Of a stretch of 31,280 nucleotides of DNA, positions 14,590 through 24,897 are shown piece by piece. Location of the stretch: IMG/VR virus record IMGVR_UViG_3300049830_000314; one strand, written 5' to 3'. Below the pieces are notes generated by a model that made no database searches, was not told the DNA's origin, and saw only the letters and a program-made list of their open reading frames with translations. How positions within the stretch are numbered: position 1 is the first letter of the stretch; each line of letters starts with the position of its first letter. Both the position numbers and the translations under genes were made by a program. This DNA comes from a virus (Duplodnaviria > Heunggongvirae > Uroviricota > Caudoviricetes).

Positions 14590-15267
14590 TTATGGTACCT
14601 GATTATTTTTTGCTTTGATATCTTTGATAGCTTTTTTCAATGCATCTGCCATTGTCCAGCCGTAGAAATATTCCTTTTCATTATTAATTGTGCCGACACC
14701 GATACACCACACATTAAACGATTGTTGTTTGTTATTTGAAGCTATGTCAAGATGTTGGTTGGCTAATTCATGTGGTATTCTTACGCGCTGAATACTTGTG
14801 CCGTCTATTGATGACATGGCTTTGTGAGTTTTAGCCCATGACTTATCTCTATTGTTCGCTATCCAATCCACCATTTGTTCAATGGTTAAAAACTCCTCTT
14901 CAATAAATTCATTGTACGGGGTTTCACCTACGGGCATATTTAATTCAACGAAGGTACCTTTGAAGCCATCCCATTTTTTGTATTGCAATGGGTACCATTT
15001 TCCGTTATGCAAAGATTGTTTAGCTATATAGAAATATTTAGCTTTCTTTAATTCATCAACATATGCGTTGACAGCATCTTCTGGTAAGTCTCGATGCTGG
15101 ACTATACCGCTACTTCCACCACCCCGAGAATAAACAAAAACTCCATAATATGATATGACTGCTACATACCATTGCTTTGTAACTGTTGAATATCTCAATG
15201 AAGGAAAAACATCCAACGGCTGAAAGATATTTTCAAGCTCTGTCATTTTATCACTGAGCAGCGACAT
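14590..15267 (-). CDS. Hypothetical protein
   Basis: 225-aa ORF preceded by GGAG. Confidence 0.75.
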   Translation of the reverse strand: MSLLSDKMTELENIFQPLDVFPSLRYSTVTKQWYVAVISYYGVFVYSRGGGSSGIVQHRDLPEDAVNAYVDELKKAKYFYIAKQSLHNGKWYPLQYKKWDGFKGTFVELNMPVGETPYNEFIEEEFLTIEQMVDWIANNRDKSWAKTHKAMSSIDGTSIQRVRIPHELANQHLDIASNNKQQSFNVWCIGVGTINNEKEYFYGWTMADALKKAIKDIKAKNNQVP

Positions 15268-15607
15268 TAATAATATTCTCCACCATTTGTTCTGATTGTG
15301 CTTGAATTTTCTTTAACATTATTTCAGTTGGATGAAATTCTTCTGGTGCGTGTAACTCAATTATTTCAAAATCTTCATCAGACATAATAATGAGGTCATG
15401 CAGTCCTATGTGCGCAAATCTGGTTCCGGGTTTGCAGCCTTCGATACCTTTATCCCCCCATTCAAAGTAAACTTCTCTTTCTTCTCCTGGGTGAATAATA
15501 TCACATGCGTGAGCAGAAATACCATAATCCAGTCGATTATGTGTTTGTCTGGTGAGAAACCTTATTTTAGCTTTGCGCCATTTTGAGGTAAGACCATGTT
15601 CGTTCAT
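15251..15607 (-). CDS. Hypothetical protein
   Basis: ORF track 15251..15667. In-frame ATG15607 lies 30 nt from TTCCTCAA (15637-15644); 15667 is the alternative start. Confidence 0.68.
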   Translation of the reverse strand: MNEHGLTSKWRKAKIRFLTRQTHNRLDYGISAHACDIIHPGEEREVYFEWGDKGIEGCKPGTRFAHIGLHDLIIMSDEDFEIIELHAPEEFHPTEIMLKKIQAQSEQMVENIINVAAQ

Positions 15608-15645
15608 ATGACAAACTACAGAAATGTTTAATATTTTTGAGGAAA

Positions 15646-16032
15646 TTAGCTTGGTTGCTTGCGCCACTTTTCAAGTGCCTTGAGAGCAGCTTCAATATCG
15701 TCAGACAATCCTGTTGAAGATTTTTGTTCAAGCTCTCTGATTCTAGCAATTAATAACGGAACTGCTGAAACAGCGGCAATAGCATATTTTGCGTTAGCGA
15801 CTGCATCTCTTTCATCACCGCCCCAAAAATCAGCAATAGTTTCTTCATAGTAAGAAGTTTTATCAATCTTATCTTCAAGCGAATAATCTCCAACGCTACA
15901 ATATTTTTGCTCATAGTCCCCTTCATATTCTTCACCGCAATACCAGGGGGCTGGGCAGGCTCTTTTACTGAGTTCCATAAGTTCTGCAATGATTTCGTTT
16001 AACGTTCTTGGTTGTTCTTCAATTTCTTCCAT
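15646..16032 (-). CDS. Ead/Ea22-like phage protein
   Basis: ACPAPW...ANAKYAIAAVSAVPLLIARIRELE; ATG16032 with AAGGA. Confidence 0.65.
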   Translation of the reverse strand: MEEIEEQPRTLNEIIAELMELSKRACPAPWYCGEEYEGDYEQKYCSVGDYSLEDKIDKTSYYEETIADFWGGDERDAVANAKYAIAAVSAVPLLIARIRELEQKSSTGLSDDIEAALKALEKWRKQPS

Positions 16033-16033
16033 T

Positions 16034-16342
16034 TTAGTATCCTTTGTATTGACTGGCGTAATATCCAACTTCGTGTTGAAAGTCTTTGTCTTCAAATAGC
16101 ATCTTGATTAACATGCGTTTAAATTCTTTATCTTCGTCAAGTAGTTTAATGAAGTTTTTTCTAACGAGGTTGAGCTGGTGTGTTTGTTCTCGTTCAAGCG
16201 CATCTCTCCGCGCCCGTTCTTCTTCCTCACATTGATAGCATTTTGATTCAGGTAGTTGAATAACTTTACCATCAAATTCAAAAGGTTCTGGTGTTCCTCT
16301 ACTCCAAGGATGTCCGTGTTGACAATATCCTGCTCTAGCCAT
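16034..16342 (-). CDS. Hypothetical protein (CxH...CxxC plus coiled coil)
   Basis: 102 aa; SD AGGAG. Confidence 0.72.
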   Translation of the reverse strand: MARAGYCQHGHPWSRGTPEPFEFDGKVIQLPESKCYQCEEEERARRDALEREQTHQLNLVRKNFIKLLDEDKEFKRMLIKMLFEDKDFQHEVGYYASQYKGY

Positions 16343-16664
16343 TTTCTTTTAACTCCTGTGCGATTTTTACGCCCAATTCATTAAGACGTTTTTTTCTACT
16401 CTCTTGCAAGAGTTTTATTTTGTTTTCAGTATTTGTCCAGATTTCTCCAGCTTCAGTATTAAAGCGTTCATATGCTTGAACAATTGTTGTTGGGTCGTCG
16501 GGTGATTTAATATTTTCGTTGTTAAGAAAGGGAGTTAATTTAAAATCAAGAGTATCTCCGAATCTATGAACTTTTTCGCTGCCATATCCAAGATTAGTCC
16601 AATCACTAAAATTTGGTTCTGATGGATTCCTGTCCCATGTATACCATTTATCTCTTGAACTCAT
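16335..16664 (-). CDS. Hypothetical protein
   Basis: 109-aa ORF. Confidence 0.7.
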   Translation of the reverse strand: MSSRDKWYTWDRNPSEPNFSDWTNLGYGSEKVHRFGDTLDFKLTPFLNNENIKSPDDPTTIVQAYERFNTEAGEIWTNTENKIKLLQESRKKRLNELGVKIAQELKENG

Positions 16665-16670
16665 AGTATA

Positions 16671-17057
16671 TTATGCCATATAAATACGGTCTGAATGTAT
16701 TTTTCCACTCTTTACATCATTGAGTGCAGCAAGGCACGCTTTTGCGCGTGTGGTGGTGTCTAAGAAGGCTTGTTGAATATTAGCCCATGATGCTGGGGAA
16801 TCGCTTGTAGCTGTTATCTTGCCTAAATAAACAATATAAGCCATTCCAACTGCTTGAGCTACATAGTTCTCAGCAATATGAATGGCTTCAGGGCAACGGG
16901 AGAATGGCGGGATTAGCTCGCGCAAGTCTGTGGCTGGATTGATTCCGCTATAGACGTTTATGCCCGCCTTTTTGCGTATTTTTTGCCAGCCAATCAGCTT
17001 TGCGATTTCATTATCTACATGTGTTGTAGATAAGTCGTTAATGTTCTTCCAAGACAT
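16671..17057 (-). CDS. Phage hypothetical protein (ABA-sandwich-like)
   Basis: ATG17057 with GGAG; VDNEIAKLIGW...IPPFSR...RAKACLAAL pattern. Confidence 0.65.
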   Translation of the reverse strand: MSWKNINDLSTTHVDNEIAKLIGWQKIRKKAGINVYSGINPATDLRELIPPFSRCPEAIHIAENYVAQAVGMAYIVYLGKITATSDSPASWANIQQAFLDTTTRAKACLAALNDVKSGKIHSDRIYMA

Positions 17058-19320
17058 CTTCTGTCTCCCCGGTGAATTGCTGAGTGCGCCCTTGACTGAT
17101 AATTTCTTCTGGAATCTCAGTATAGTCCATACCCATTTCAAGCATCTGGTTCTTAATCATATCCTTATAACCATGATACTTGTCTTTTGATTTAATATCA
17201 GTTGTATATTTTTGGCTAATAGCTGTTAAATCCTCGCTATTAATACTTGGCCAGATAGACAAGTGATGTGACAGCTCCAATAAGAACTGCTTATTGTCTG
17301 CCAGAAGCTTTGCGGTATCTGCTTGTGCTTTATTCACCAATTCAATAACCCAATCTTCTGCGGCAGCATTAGCGTCTGGGTTATACACAGCGTTGGGCGA
17401 TAATCCCGGAACTGAAATCTGGTGCATATGGTCAGCCATTCCGTATGTTTTAATCATTGATGCGGCGTGTGTTGTCGCTCTTCGGAGGTCTGAGCTTCCA
17501 CCTGTGCCCATATTCTTTTCACCAAAGATTAGCTTTTCAGCTTCCAGTCCGCCAAGACAGCACATGATATCACCATACATCAACTCTTTAGTTGTAATAT
17601 CTGGCATTTGCACATAACAATATCCTTCTGAGACAGAAGCTGTTTTAGACTTCACTTCCTGTGGCATCAATTTCATTCTCAAGATACTCACAAGTGCGTG
17701 TCCAGCTTCATGTACGGCACAATGCGCTTGTGCTTCACTGTAATCAGACTTTCTAAGATTTTCGAGTGTAAGCTTGATAGGATACGTAAACTCTACTGAT
17801 TTCTCTTCCGACACAGTAGTAAAGGAATAGTGTGGGTCGTCACCGGGCGTGTATCTCCAAATAATAGAGGTGGCTTCTGGATTATTGAAGATAATATCAC
17901 TCACCAATCTTGCAATATAGGCATCAACCAAAGTGTTGAAGGTAGAAAGAATGGGTCTAGCACCTTGCGTTGGAAAAACAGCTTCTTTGTAAAGAATTTC
18001 TTCGATTGTCTTATCTGGCACCATTGACATACCAAATGATGTTTCAAAGTCTTCCATTCTTTGCTTGAGATATCGCTCAATAATTTCTTCATATGTGTTT
18101 TTGCTAAGAGCTGGATAGATAATATGATTGTTTCCAAGTCGCCCAATTTGCTCCATTCGGAATCGAACAGAAAGAGCTTCTTTCATCATCGGTACTGAAA
18201 TTTTCAAAGAGTGTTTATGGAATAGGTCGGCGTCCGCATCTGGGTTTGATGAATGAGTCATATTGTATGCCTCATCAATGTTACCGATACAGAAAATCAA
18301 TGACTGTGAATAGTTTTCAGACTGCATCAACGGTGTTTTCTGAACAAACTCAGACATTACTAATCCATGTAATGTATCTCCATCTTTCCCTTCGCGGAAT
18401 TTGTTTTTCCATCGCTCGTAATCATTTACTTCCATAAAGTAAGCTGGTGCAGCGTTGAACAAATTGTTGAACATTTCATACTTAATAAAATATGGCTTCG
18501 AATATGAATGTCGATTTGCCGTATTATTGTACTGTGTTTTGTACATAAAAGCTCGTTCTGAACCAGTTAATGTATTTGTGTAGCTTTCGTCATCTGAAGA
18601 AAGAGGGTACCAGGGCTGCTCGCCTTCCTCCTCATCATCATCATCATCATCGTCTGCATCTTTAGCCACAGGAACGAATGTAGGATGGTTAACAAAGTCA
18701 ACTGGTCTTAGGTAATGGCTCCTAAAGATTGAGTTATAGATTTCTTCATTTTCGATAACAATGCCATCTTCTACCACAACTCCCATGTCAAGACATTTCT
18801 TAAGCTTAAATGCTATCTCCGAGCAATAATTAGCTCCTCGGTTGAAGTGATGAATGATTCCGCTATCAATAATATCCCAAATGGGGCGTAACGACGGTCT
18901 ATCAATTTCTGAACCTTGTTCGTTGATTGTTCGTCCGAGTTGAAATTCGTCAAATGCAAGAATCAAGTGTCTATCTGTGCATTTTTCAACTTTATCAGAT
19001 AAGTCAAATTTGAGTTTATACTCTGAAGAGGCATGAACATATTCGCCAACATCGAATTTGCAATATTTGTGACGCAAATTCAACAAGTCCATGATTCGAT
19101 TGACAACTGATGTTTTTCCGACGCCAGTCAATCCCCATAGATTCACAACCAATGGTCGCTTCAATGAAGTGGGGAAGATATAAAACGGTCTAATGGCTTC
19201 GATGATTTCGTCAATGACATTATCAATGCCTCTAAACTCTTCTTTAAGAATAGGTTTGATATCCTCAAGCTCTGCGTTTTTTCTAGTAATTTCTTCTCTT
19301 TGTTTTGCGTCTAGATTCAT
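17038..19320 (-). CDS. Clp-type AAA+ ATPase fused to peptidase M41 (FtsH-type Zn protease), no membrane anchor
   Basis: Walker A GLTGVGKT, Walker B LAFDE, FRMEQIGRLG, GARP. Protease part: HEAGH, LGGLEAE, TGGSSDLRRAT, YGM. ATG19320 with AGGA. Confidence 0.85.
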   Translation of the reverse strand: MNLDAKQREEITRKNAELEDIKPILKEEFRGIDNVIDEIIEAIRPFYIFPTSLKRPLVVNLWGLTGVGKTSVVNRIMDLLNLRHKYCKFDVGEYVHASSEYKLKFDLSDKVEKCTDRHLILAFDEFQLGRTINEQGSEIDRPSLRPIWDIIDSGIIHHFNRGANYCSEIAFKLKKCLDMGVVVEDGIVIENEEIYNSIFRSHYLRPVDFVNHPTFVPVAKDADDDDDDDEEEGEQPWYPLSSDDESYTNTLTGSERAFMYKTQYNNTANRHSYSKPYFIKYEMFNNLFNAAPAYFMEVNDYERWKNKFREGKDGDTLHGLVMSEFVQKTPLMQSENYSQSLIFCIGNIDEAYNMTHSSNPDADADLFHKHSLKISVPMMKEALSVRFRMEQIGRLGNNHIIYPALSKNTYEEIIERYLKQRMEDFETSFGMSMVPDKTIEEILYKEAVFPTQGARPILSTFNTLVDAYIARLVSDIIFNNPEATSIIWRYTPGDDPHYSFTTVSEEKSVEFTYPIKLTLENLRKSDYSEAQAHCAVHEAGHALVSILRMKLMPQEVKSKTASVSEGYCYVQMPDITTKELMYGDIMCCLGGLEAEKLIFGEKNMGTGGSSDLRRATTHAASMIKTYGMADHMHQISVPGLSPNAVYNPDANAAAEDWVIELVNKAQADTAKLLADNKQFLLELSHHLSIWPSINSEDLTAISQKYTTDIKSKDKYHGYKDMIKNQMLEMGMDYTEIPEEIISQGRTQQFTGETEDVLEEH

Positions 19321-19554
19321 AAATAATCCTGGGGTTTCCGGGTTGGCTATTATGTATAATCGTCTATTCTCAATCAAAATGAGCAAACGATATTGACAAT
19401 ATACAGAAAAACTCAGAATTATTCGATTATTTAGAGTGTCTAGCGAGACGTTTTCTATCGTGTCTATTCAACGGTGAGCGATTTGTGCCAATAATCACAA
19501 ATCGCAATGTACCATAAACACCACCAATAATGTAACGAAGAAAAAGAAAAAGCA

Positions 19555-20112
19555 TTAATCAGCCTTTTTACTATGTTGCTGAATAGCAATCATTTGTTCT
19601 TTGAATTCTTCTGGCACACGAGAAGCTATGGCAATCACTAATCCACCGCGTGACAGAAAACCACCACTACCGCCATACCAAAGTGCTAAATCTTGTTTCT
19701 GAGCAGCGTGGTATAGTTCTTCAAGCAGAGCTTGCTTCTCTGGGGTTCTGGCAAACACGCAGAAGATGTCTTCCGTCCATGCGCTTGTTAATTCGGGGTA
19801 ACCATCAGCATCTTCATTTATGTATGTCGGATGAAGTGCGCGATGTTTGTCAAGATGTTCAACATCGTCTTGGACAAAAAATCCGCCGCCGCAAAAATAT
19901 AAGCCTTCATCCTTGCCTAGTATCAATTGAGTGGTATTGGGGGTTCCGATGGTATATCGTTGGATTCCCACAGCTTCCTCGTTCATGTGAAGCGTTCTAT
20001 ATATGCCTTTTAATCCACTTTCATGCTCTGAGGCAAAGTCGGCTTTTAAAAACAAGCCAACGAATTGCTTATCATCATCAAAGAGTGTTTCCGTTTCGAT
20101 TGAGCGTACCAT
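19555..20112 (-). CDS. Hypothetical protein
   Basis: 185 aa, coupled to coaD (TAATG). Confidence 0.75.
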   Translation of the reverse strand: MVRSIETETLFDDDKQFVGLFLKADFASEHESGLKGIYRTLHMNEEAVGIQRYTIGTPNTTQLILGKDEGLYFCGGGFFVQDDVEHLDKHRALHPTYINEDADGYPELTSAWTEDIFCVFARTPEKQALLEELYHAAQKQDLALWYGGSGGFLSRGGLVIAIASRVPEEFKEQMIAIQQHSKKAD

Positions 20113-20699
20113 TATTCACTTTGGGGAACTTGTTCGGTTGGCATCAAATATTGGATGACAGGATTTGGCACCCATTTTGTCCACTCGTTGTTCTTACCTA
20201 ATGTAAACACTTCTCTCACTAAACTTGAGGAAATATGGCTATACATTGGCGCTGTTGCGAGCCAGCATGTTTCAATATTGGGCGCGAGGTCGTAGTTACT
20301 CATTGCCAATATATACTCTGGTTCAAAGTCTCCCGCTGGTCGCATTCCCCTTACAAATGCACACACGCCAGCTTTCTTGGCGTAATCAACTGTAAGTCCC
20401 GAATTTGTATCCACCATAACATTCGGAAGATGCGCGGTGATGTCTCTTAAAAGTTTCAAGCGCACATCCATTGGAATAAAAGACGGTTTGCGCGGGTTCA
20501 CACCAATGATAACAATGAGTTCATCGAACATCTTAGATGCGCGTTCAATGAGATTTAGGTGCCCGAAGGTTGGAGGGTCAAAGCTACCTGGATAAAGCGC
20601 GACTTTATGGCTTCGTGATTCATGAGCGTGTTGTTCGAGCCATTGCTGAACAGCATTATCACCAACATCGAGTAGACTTTCATTTTTATTGTCTGTCAT
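20112..20699 (-). CDS. coaD: Phosphopantetheine adenylyltransferase
   Basis: ALYPGSFDPPTFGHLNLIERA, NPRK, GLTVDY, VRGMR, DFEPE, ISSSLVRE. Confidence 0.92.
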   Translation of the reverse strand: MTDNKNESLLDVGDNAVQQWLEQHAHESRSHKVALYPGSFDPPTFGHLNLIERASKMFDELIVIIGVNPRKPSFIPMDVRLKLLRDITAHLPNVMVDTNSGLTVDYAKKAGVCAFVRGMRPAGDFEPEYILAMSNYDLAPNIETCWLATAPMYSHISSSLVREVFTLGKNNEWTKWVPNPVIQYLMPTEQVPQSE

Positions 20700-20724
20700 A
20701 GTAATTGAAGTCTACCACAGATTT

Positions 20725-21234
20725 TCACATCTTATCAACATAAGTCAAAGCATACAACCAATCACCGCAATCAATCGTTCGACACAGGGATTGAATTTTT
20801 AATTCTGATTCACTTAATGCAGCAGCAAGTAATTCTGATTGATTCTGACTTAATTTGAATGGTTTATCTGCGCTTCTCAACATGATTTTGTCAATGGTTT
20901 CACGATGTTCATTGATAATTTCGACAAGAATACGGATTCGACGTATTCCTTCAATGGAAGTAGATTGAGCCACTTCAAATAGTTCATTGTGTGCTTTTTC
21001 CTGTTTTGCGATTTGAAGGTGCAGAGAACAATATTTGATTGGAATTTTTGTCTTAGCATCAATTCTGCCACATAGCGGACATTCATAATCTGAACCATCA
21101 TGATATGTCGATGCTTTCTCCAATCTGTTGTTAAGTTCCTTAGATATGCTCTGCTCCAATGTCAACAAAGGAGTGATGCTATTTAATTTGTCTTCTAACT
21201 CTGAAATGCGCTGACGAAGCTTTCTATTAAACAT
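20725..21234 (-). CDS. Hypothetical coiled-coil protein with CxxC
   Basis: ORF track 20725..21252. ATG21234 is preferred because the GTG overlaps a TATAAC -10-like element. Confidence 0.68.
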   Translation of the reverse strand: MFNRKLRQRISELEDKLNSITPLLTLEQSISKELNNRLEKASTYHDGSDYECPLCGRIDAKTKIPIKYCSLHLQIAKQEKAHNELFEVAQSTSIEGIRRIRILVEIINEHRETIDKIMLRSADKPFKLSQNQSELLAAALSESELKIQSLCRTIDCGDWLYALTYVDKM

Positions 21235-21257
21235 ATTACTTGAGTTATACACTCAAG

Positions 21258-22148
21258 TTACTTTGTCTTGTCAAGAAACTCGTTTAACGTGTCACGTAGC
21301 TTCTCTGCGCTTTCTCTATTGAGAATCAACATATCGGCGTATGGGTTGCCAGTGGCGAGAATATCTAAGACTGTTTTCAATCGAGTCTTCATGCTCCAGG
21401 GCTGTTCACTCTTACCATGTTGCCAATAGCCAAATTCCAAAAATGGATAATCATAACTTGCCCACACAGACATTTCGTGAGCGTGGCAGTCACACGGAAG
21501 CCTAGCTTCAATCGTCCATTCATCTGGATTCACTTCTGGTTGTTTACCAAGAAAGGCTTCTAGTGGTATTGGCGACAATGATAACTCAGACTCCAGAGAT
21601 TCATATTTTCCAGTCATCCCAAATTTATTGGAATGTACCAAGCTAACAATATATTCCATGTAATTTTTAGCAGCCATATCTTCTGCGCTAAAATATTGAA
21701 TAAAAGTTTTCGTACAATATTGATGGAGCATTTCAGCTTGTAATGGACTTTCTGACGGAAATACTATCTCCCATGGATTTTCGTCTTCCGGTGTGTAGAG
21801 ATATCTAGCAAGTACGGGTTCTCCGGTATTATTTGAGACATACATGTGATAACTTGAACCTTTGGCAACACTTTCCAGAAAATCGTTAGATTTTTTATCA
21901 GCAGGGATACAAGAAGTATATGATTGTTCCGCCCATTCTGAAATGTTTGTACCTAAATTTTTAACAACCTCGCTGTCTTGAATTAAAATCCAATCGCCCT
22001 GTTCATAATATTGCTGAATGCCATCTGCGATTTCTCCGTATACACCATTCACGCTACTTTTCAGCAGCCCTAAGATGGCACCGAAATTGTCTAATCGGAA
22101 AAACACATATCCATTTACTAGGTCATTACTAAAAGGCACAAGATTCAT
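21258..22148 (-). CDS. Hypothetical protein
   Basis: 296 aa; TAAAAT 6 nt before the ATG; C-terminal CDC...WQHG module. Confidence 0.78.
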   Translation of the reverse strand: MNLVPFSNDLVNGYVFFRLDNFGAILGLLKSSVNGVYGEIADGIQQYYEQGDWILIQDSEVVKNLGTNISEWAEQSYTSCIPADKKSNDFLESVAKGSSYHMYVSNNTGEPVLARYLYTPEDENPWEIVFPSESPLQAEMLHQYCTKTFIQYFSAEDMAAKNYMEYIVSLVHSNKFGMTGKYESLESELSLSPIPLEAFLGKQPEVNPDEWTIEARLPCDCHAHEMSVWASYDYPFLEFGYWQHGKSEQPWSMKTRLKTVLDILATGNPYADMLILNRESAEKLRDTLNEFLDKTK

Positions 22149-22224
22149 ATATCTATTTTACACTACATTGAGGAAAGATAGCCATTTGCAAGGAAATTGA
22201 ACCCGTAATTTGTAAAATCTTACT

Positions 22225-23976
22225 GTGTGGTATCAGGATTTCCGTATTGTTACGGCTGCTCTCGAAGACACCTTGGCTGATTTAGCGGCGAAGGGTGCAT
22301 CCGAGCAGGTGCTTAATCGTATCCGAACTGCGCCGCCAGAGCTTATGGGGCATTACATCAACAACTTGATGAAAAATCCCATGTTGAGTGACTACGACCT
22401 CACAACTGAAGTTATTAAGGCGAAAGACAAGCAGCAAACCTGGGGTGTAGTACCTCCAACAAGATTTGAACAATCAATCGCACAGCTTTATCTTCCGCAA
22501 TTCCAAACCTGGCCGCTCGTCTATTTGAAGAAGTTGCGCGGACAACAAATAAATAGAGAAAATTTTGTGTATCGCGGCTTTGACGGTGGTACGCCGCAAG
22601 ACCAACTTTGGAATGTTCAAACAACTTTTCAACAAATTGCTGACTGGGCAAGAAGCTCATTTGAAGAGAACCCATATTTTCAGATTGCTGCGTATGATTT
22701 TTCACAAGCAATGGCTAAATCAAATGAATGGCATAATATGATGGCTGGTAGGGGAAGCGAGGAATATTACACACCGTACAAACGTGACGAAGATGGGACA
22801 ATTAATGATGAGCGAGTGGTATTCACCTACCCAGATGGTTGGCATATTTCACAACTTACAGACTCAGGTGACTTAAGAGTTGAGGGTAATAGAATGAATC
22901 ATTGCTTGGGCGGTTATTGCAACGCAGTTAACAGTGGTCAATCGCGTATTTTTTCTCTTCGAGACCCAAGAAATCATCCAAAAGTTACCATTGAAATGGA
23001 TGGTGATTCTAATACAATACGTCAAATAAAGGCTAATTCTGACGAAATGCCAGAGCAAGATTTAAGATATCGCTTATCTGAATGGTTTGCCGAACTTGGC
23101 GATGCTCAATTTCACAGTGACAATAGTCATTGGGAGGGGCCGGAGTGGAGTTATGTTAGTGACCCTGATGATATTCGCGGTAATATTTATGAAGAAGCTT
23201 ATGGAAAAGAGTATGAAGACGATTACGGTGGTGAGGATGTTCACGAAGATTACGGAATTGGCGGACAAGATAATACTCGGAATATCGAAGATTTAGATGT
23301 ATCTGATTTATTGGAAAATGTACATGACTCGATGGTAAATGGTAGTCGTGGTAGAGAAAGCGGCTTCGACCAATGCCGTGGCAGTATACATTATCACGCA
23401 GATGAAATTACTGAAGCTCTTGCATCTGTCGTTATTGACCATGATAGCACAATAATGAAAAAACTCCTTGAAAAAAAGCCAAGAACTGTGTTAAATCCCG
23501 TTACTGGAACATATGAACAAGAGAGTATATTAGACAAACTTGGAATTTTTGATATTGCAGATAAATTTTATGAAACTCAGCAGGCTGCTTATGACGAGTT
23601 AGACCTTAGTCATTTACCAGCAAATCATGATGGTAAAGTGGATGAAGCAGACCTAGCTGAAGAAGATGATGCTTTTAAACTTTATCATATGACAATGAGT
23701 TATGTCATGCAAAATATGCAACCTGAAATGTATCAAATGTATCATCAACTAACTGGTCACAATTTGTTAAATGATTTAAACGCCGCTGTTGGTGGTAGTT
23801 TACAAAGTCTTTGGACAAAGCAAATGCAAGAAAGAGTGCAGCCGCCGCTTATGAAACATAAAGAGGATTACACATACCATACACACCCTAAAGATGAAGC
23901 TGGCAATCTGGATGAAAGTGTCTTCGATGAGGGCGGATGGAAATACGCAAAACGATTTAAAGGCTGGTATAGATAG
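22225..23976 (+). CDS. PcfJ-like domain protein
   Basis: DLRVEGNRMNHCLGGYC...IFSLRD..NHPKVTIE...IRQIK. Confidence 0.75.
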   Translation: MWYQDFRIVTAALEDTLADLAAKGASEQVLNRIRTAPPELMGHYINNLMKNPMLSDYDLTTEVIKAKDKQQTWGVVPPTRFEQSIAQLYLPQFQTWPLVYLKKLRGQQINRENFVYRGFDGGTPQDQLWNVQTTFQQIADWARSSFEENPYFQIAAYDFSQAMAKSNEWHNMMAGRGSEEYYTPYKRDEDGTINDERVVFTYPDGWHISQLTDSGDLRVEGNRMNHCLGGYCNAVNSGQSRIFSLRDPRNHPKVTIEMDGDSNTIRQIKANSDEMPEQDLRYRLSEWFAELGDAQFHSDNSHWEGPEWSYVSDPDDIRGNIYEEAYGKEYEDDYGGEDVHEDYGIGGQDNTRNIEDLDVSDLLENVHDSMVNGSRGRESGFDQCRGSIHYHADEITEALASVVIDHDSTIMKKLLEKKPRTVLNPVTGTYEQESILDKLGIFDIADKFYETQQAAYDELDLSHLPANHDGKVDEADLAEEDDAFKLYHMTMSYVMQNMQPEMYQMYHQLTGHNLLNDLNAAVGGSLQSLWTKQMQERVQPPLMKHKEDYTYHTHPKDEAGNLDESVFDEGGWKYAKRFKGWYR

Positions 23977-24002
23977 TTAGATAAAGCGGTATAAACTACT
24001 TA

Positions 24003-24893
24003 ATGAGTAGAATACTTGTCACTGGTGGAAATGGGTTTATTGGTTCGGCTTTAATTCGCAAGCTTGCGGAAAACGAACAAAATGAAATTATGTCGATAGA
24101 CAATTTGTCGAACGGAGATTCCACCAATATAACATGTACTCCATCTGTTGAATATCATCACTGTGACACAAATGATATTATGCGCGATAAGCAATCAAGG
24201 GCTTTTCAGCCTACAGTAGTCTATCATCTTGGTGAATACTCACGTATTGTTCCGTCTTTTAAAGATGTGCGGCAGTGTCAACATTCTATCGGCAGCGGCA
24301 CATTTTGGCTGCTAGAATATTGCAGAGAGCATAATAGTAAATTGGTGTATGCTGGTAGTTCTTCAAAATTTGGTAACGAAGGCGCTGATGAACACTTATC
24401 TCCCTATGCTTGGTGGAAAGCAAAAAATGCCGAACTCATTAATAACTACCATCATTGGTGGGGGTTAGATTTTGCTATTGCTTATTTCTACAATGTCTAC
24501 GGAGATGGACAAATAAGTCATGGAGATATGGCAACTGTTATTGGTATTTTTCAAGAACAATATAAGCGCGGCGAGCCGTTAACAGTTGTTTCGCCAGGCC
24601 TACAGAAACGAGATTTTACTCACATAGATGATATTGTCAATGGGCTTATTTTAGTCGGAGAAAATGGCAGCGGCGATGGCTATTTACTTGGAACTGGCAC
24701 AAACCACACGCTACTTGAAATAGCTGCGGCTTTTAATACAGACATTGAAATGGTTCCAGAAAGGCAGGGTGAAAGATTCACCTCTCAGGCTTATATAACT
24801 AAGGCAAAAGAAGAATTGGGTTGGGAAGCTAAACATAATGTGATTGATTACATTCATCAGTGGGTAAAAGAACAAAACGCTGTACAATTCTAA
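24003..24893 (+). CDS. NAD-dependent nucleotide-sugar epimerase/dehydratase
   Basis: VTGGNGFIG, AGSSS, YAWWK (YxxxK), FYNVYG, RDFTHIDD. Confidence 0.9.
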   Translation: MSRILVTGGNGFIGSALIRKLAENEQNEIMSIDNLSNGDSTNITCTPSVEYHHCDTNDIMRDKQSRAFQPTVVYHLGEYSRIVPSFKDVRQCQHSIGSGTFWLLEYCREHNSKLVYAGSSSKFGNEGADEHLSPYAWWKAKNAELINNYHHWWGLDFAIAYFYNVYGDGQISHGDMATVIGIFQEQYKRGEPLTVVSPGLQKRDFTHIDDIVNGLILVGENGSGDGYLLGTGTNHTLLEIAAAFNTDIEMVPERQGERFTSQAYITKAKEELGWEAKHNVIDYIHQWVKEQNAVQF

Positions 24894-24897
24894 TGTC

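Noticed and set aside
12551-18655. TCA/TCG trinucleotide runs at ~12551-12578 and ~18626-18655
   Set aside because: They simply encode poly-Asp/Glu tracts inside proteins
19650-20201. 183-aa + strand ORF and other antisense ORFs in the track
   Set aside because: They shadow well-supported minus-strand genes and have atypical composition
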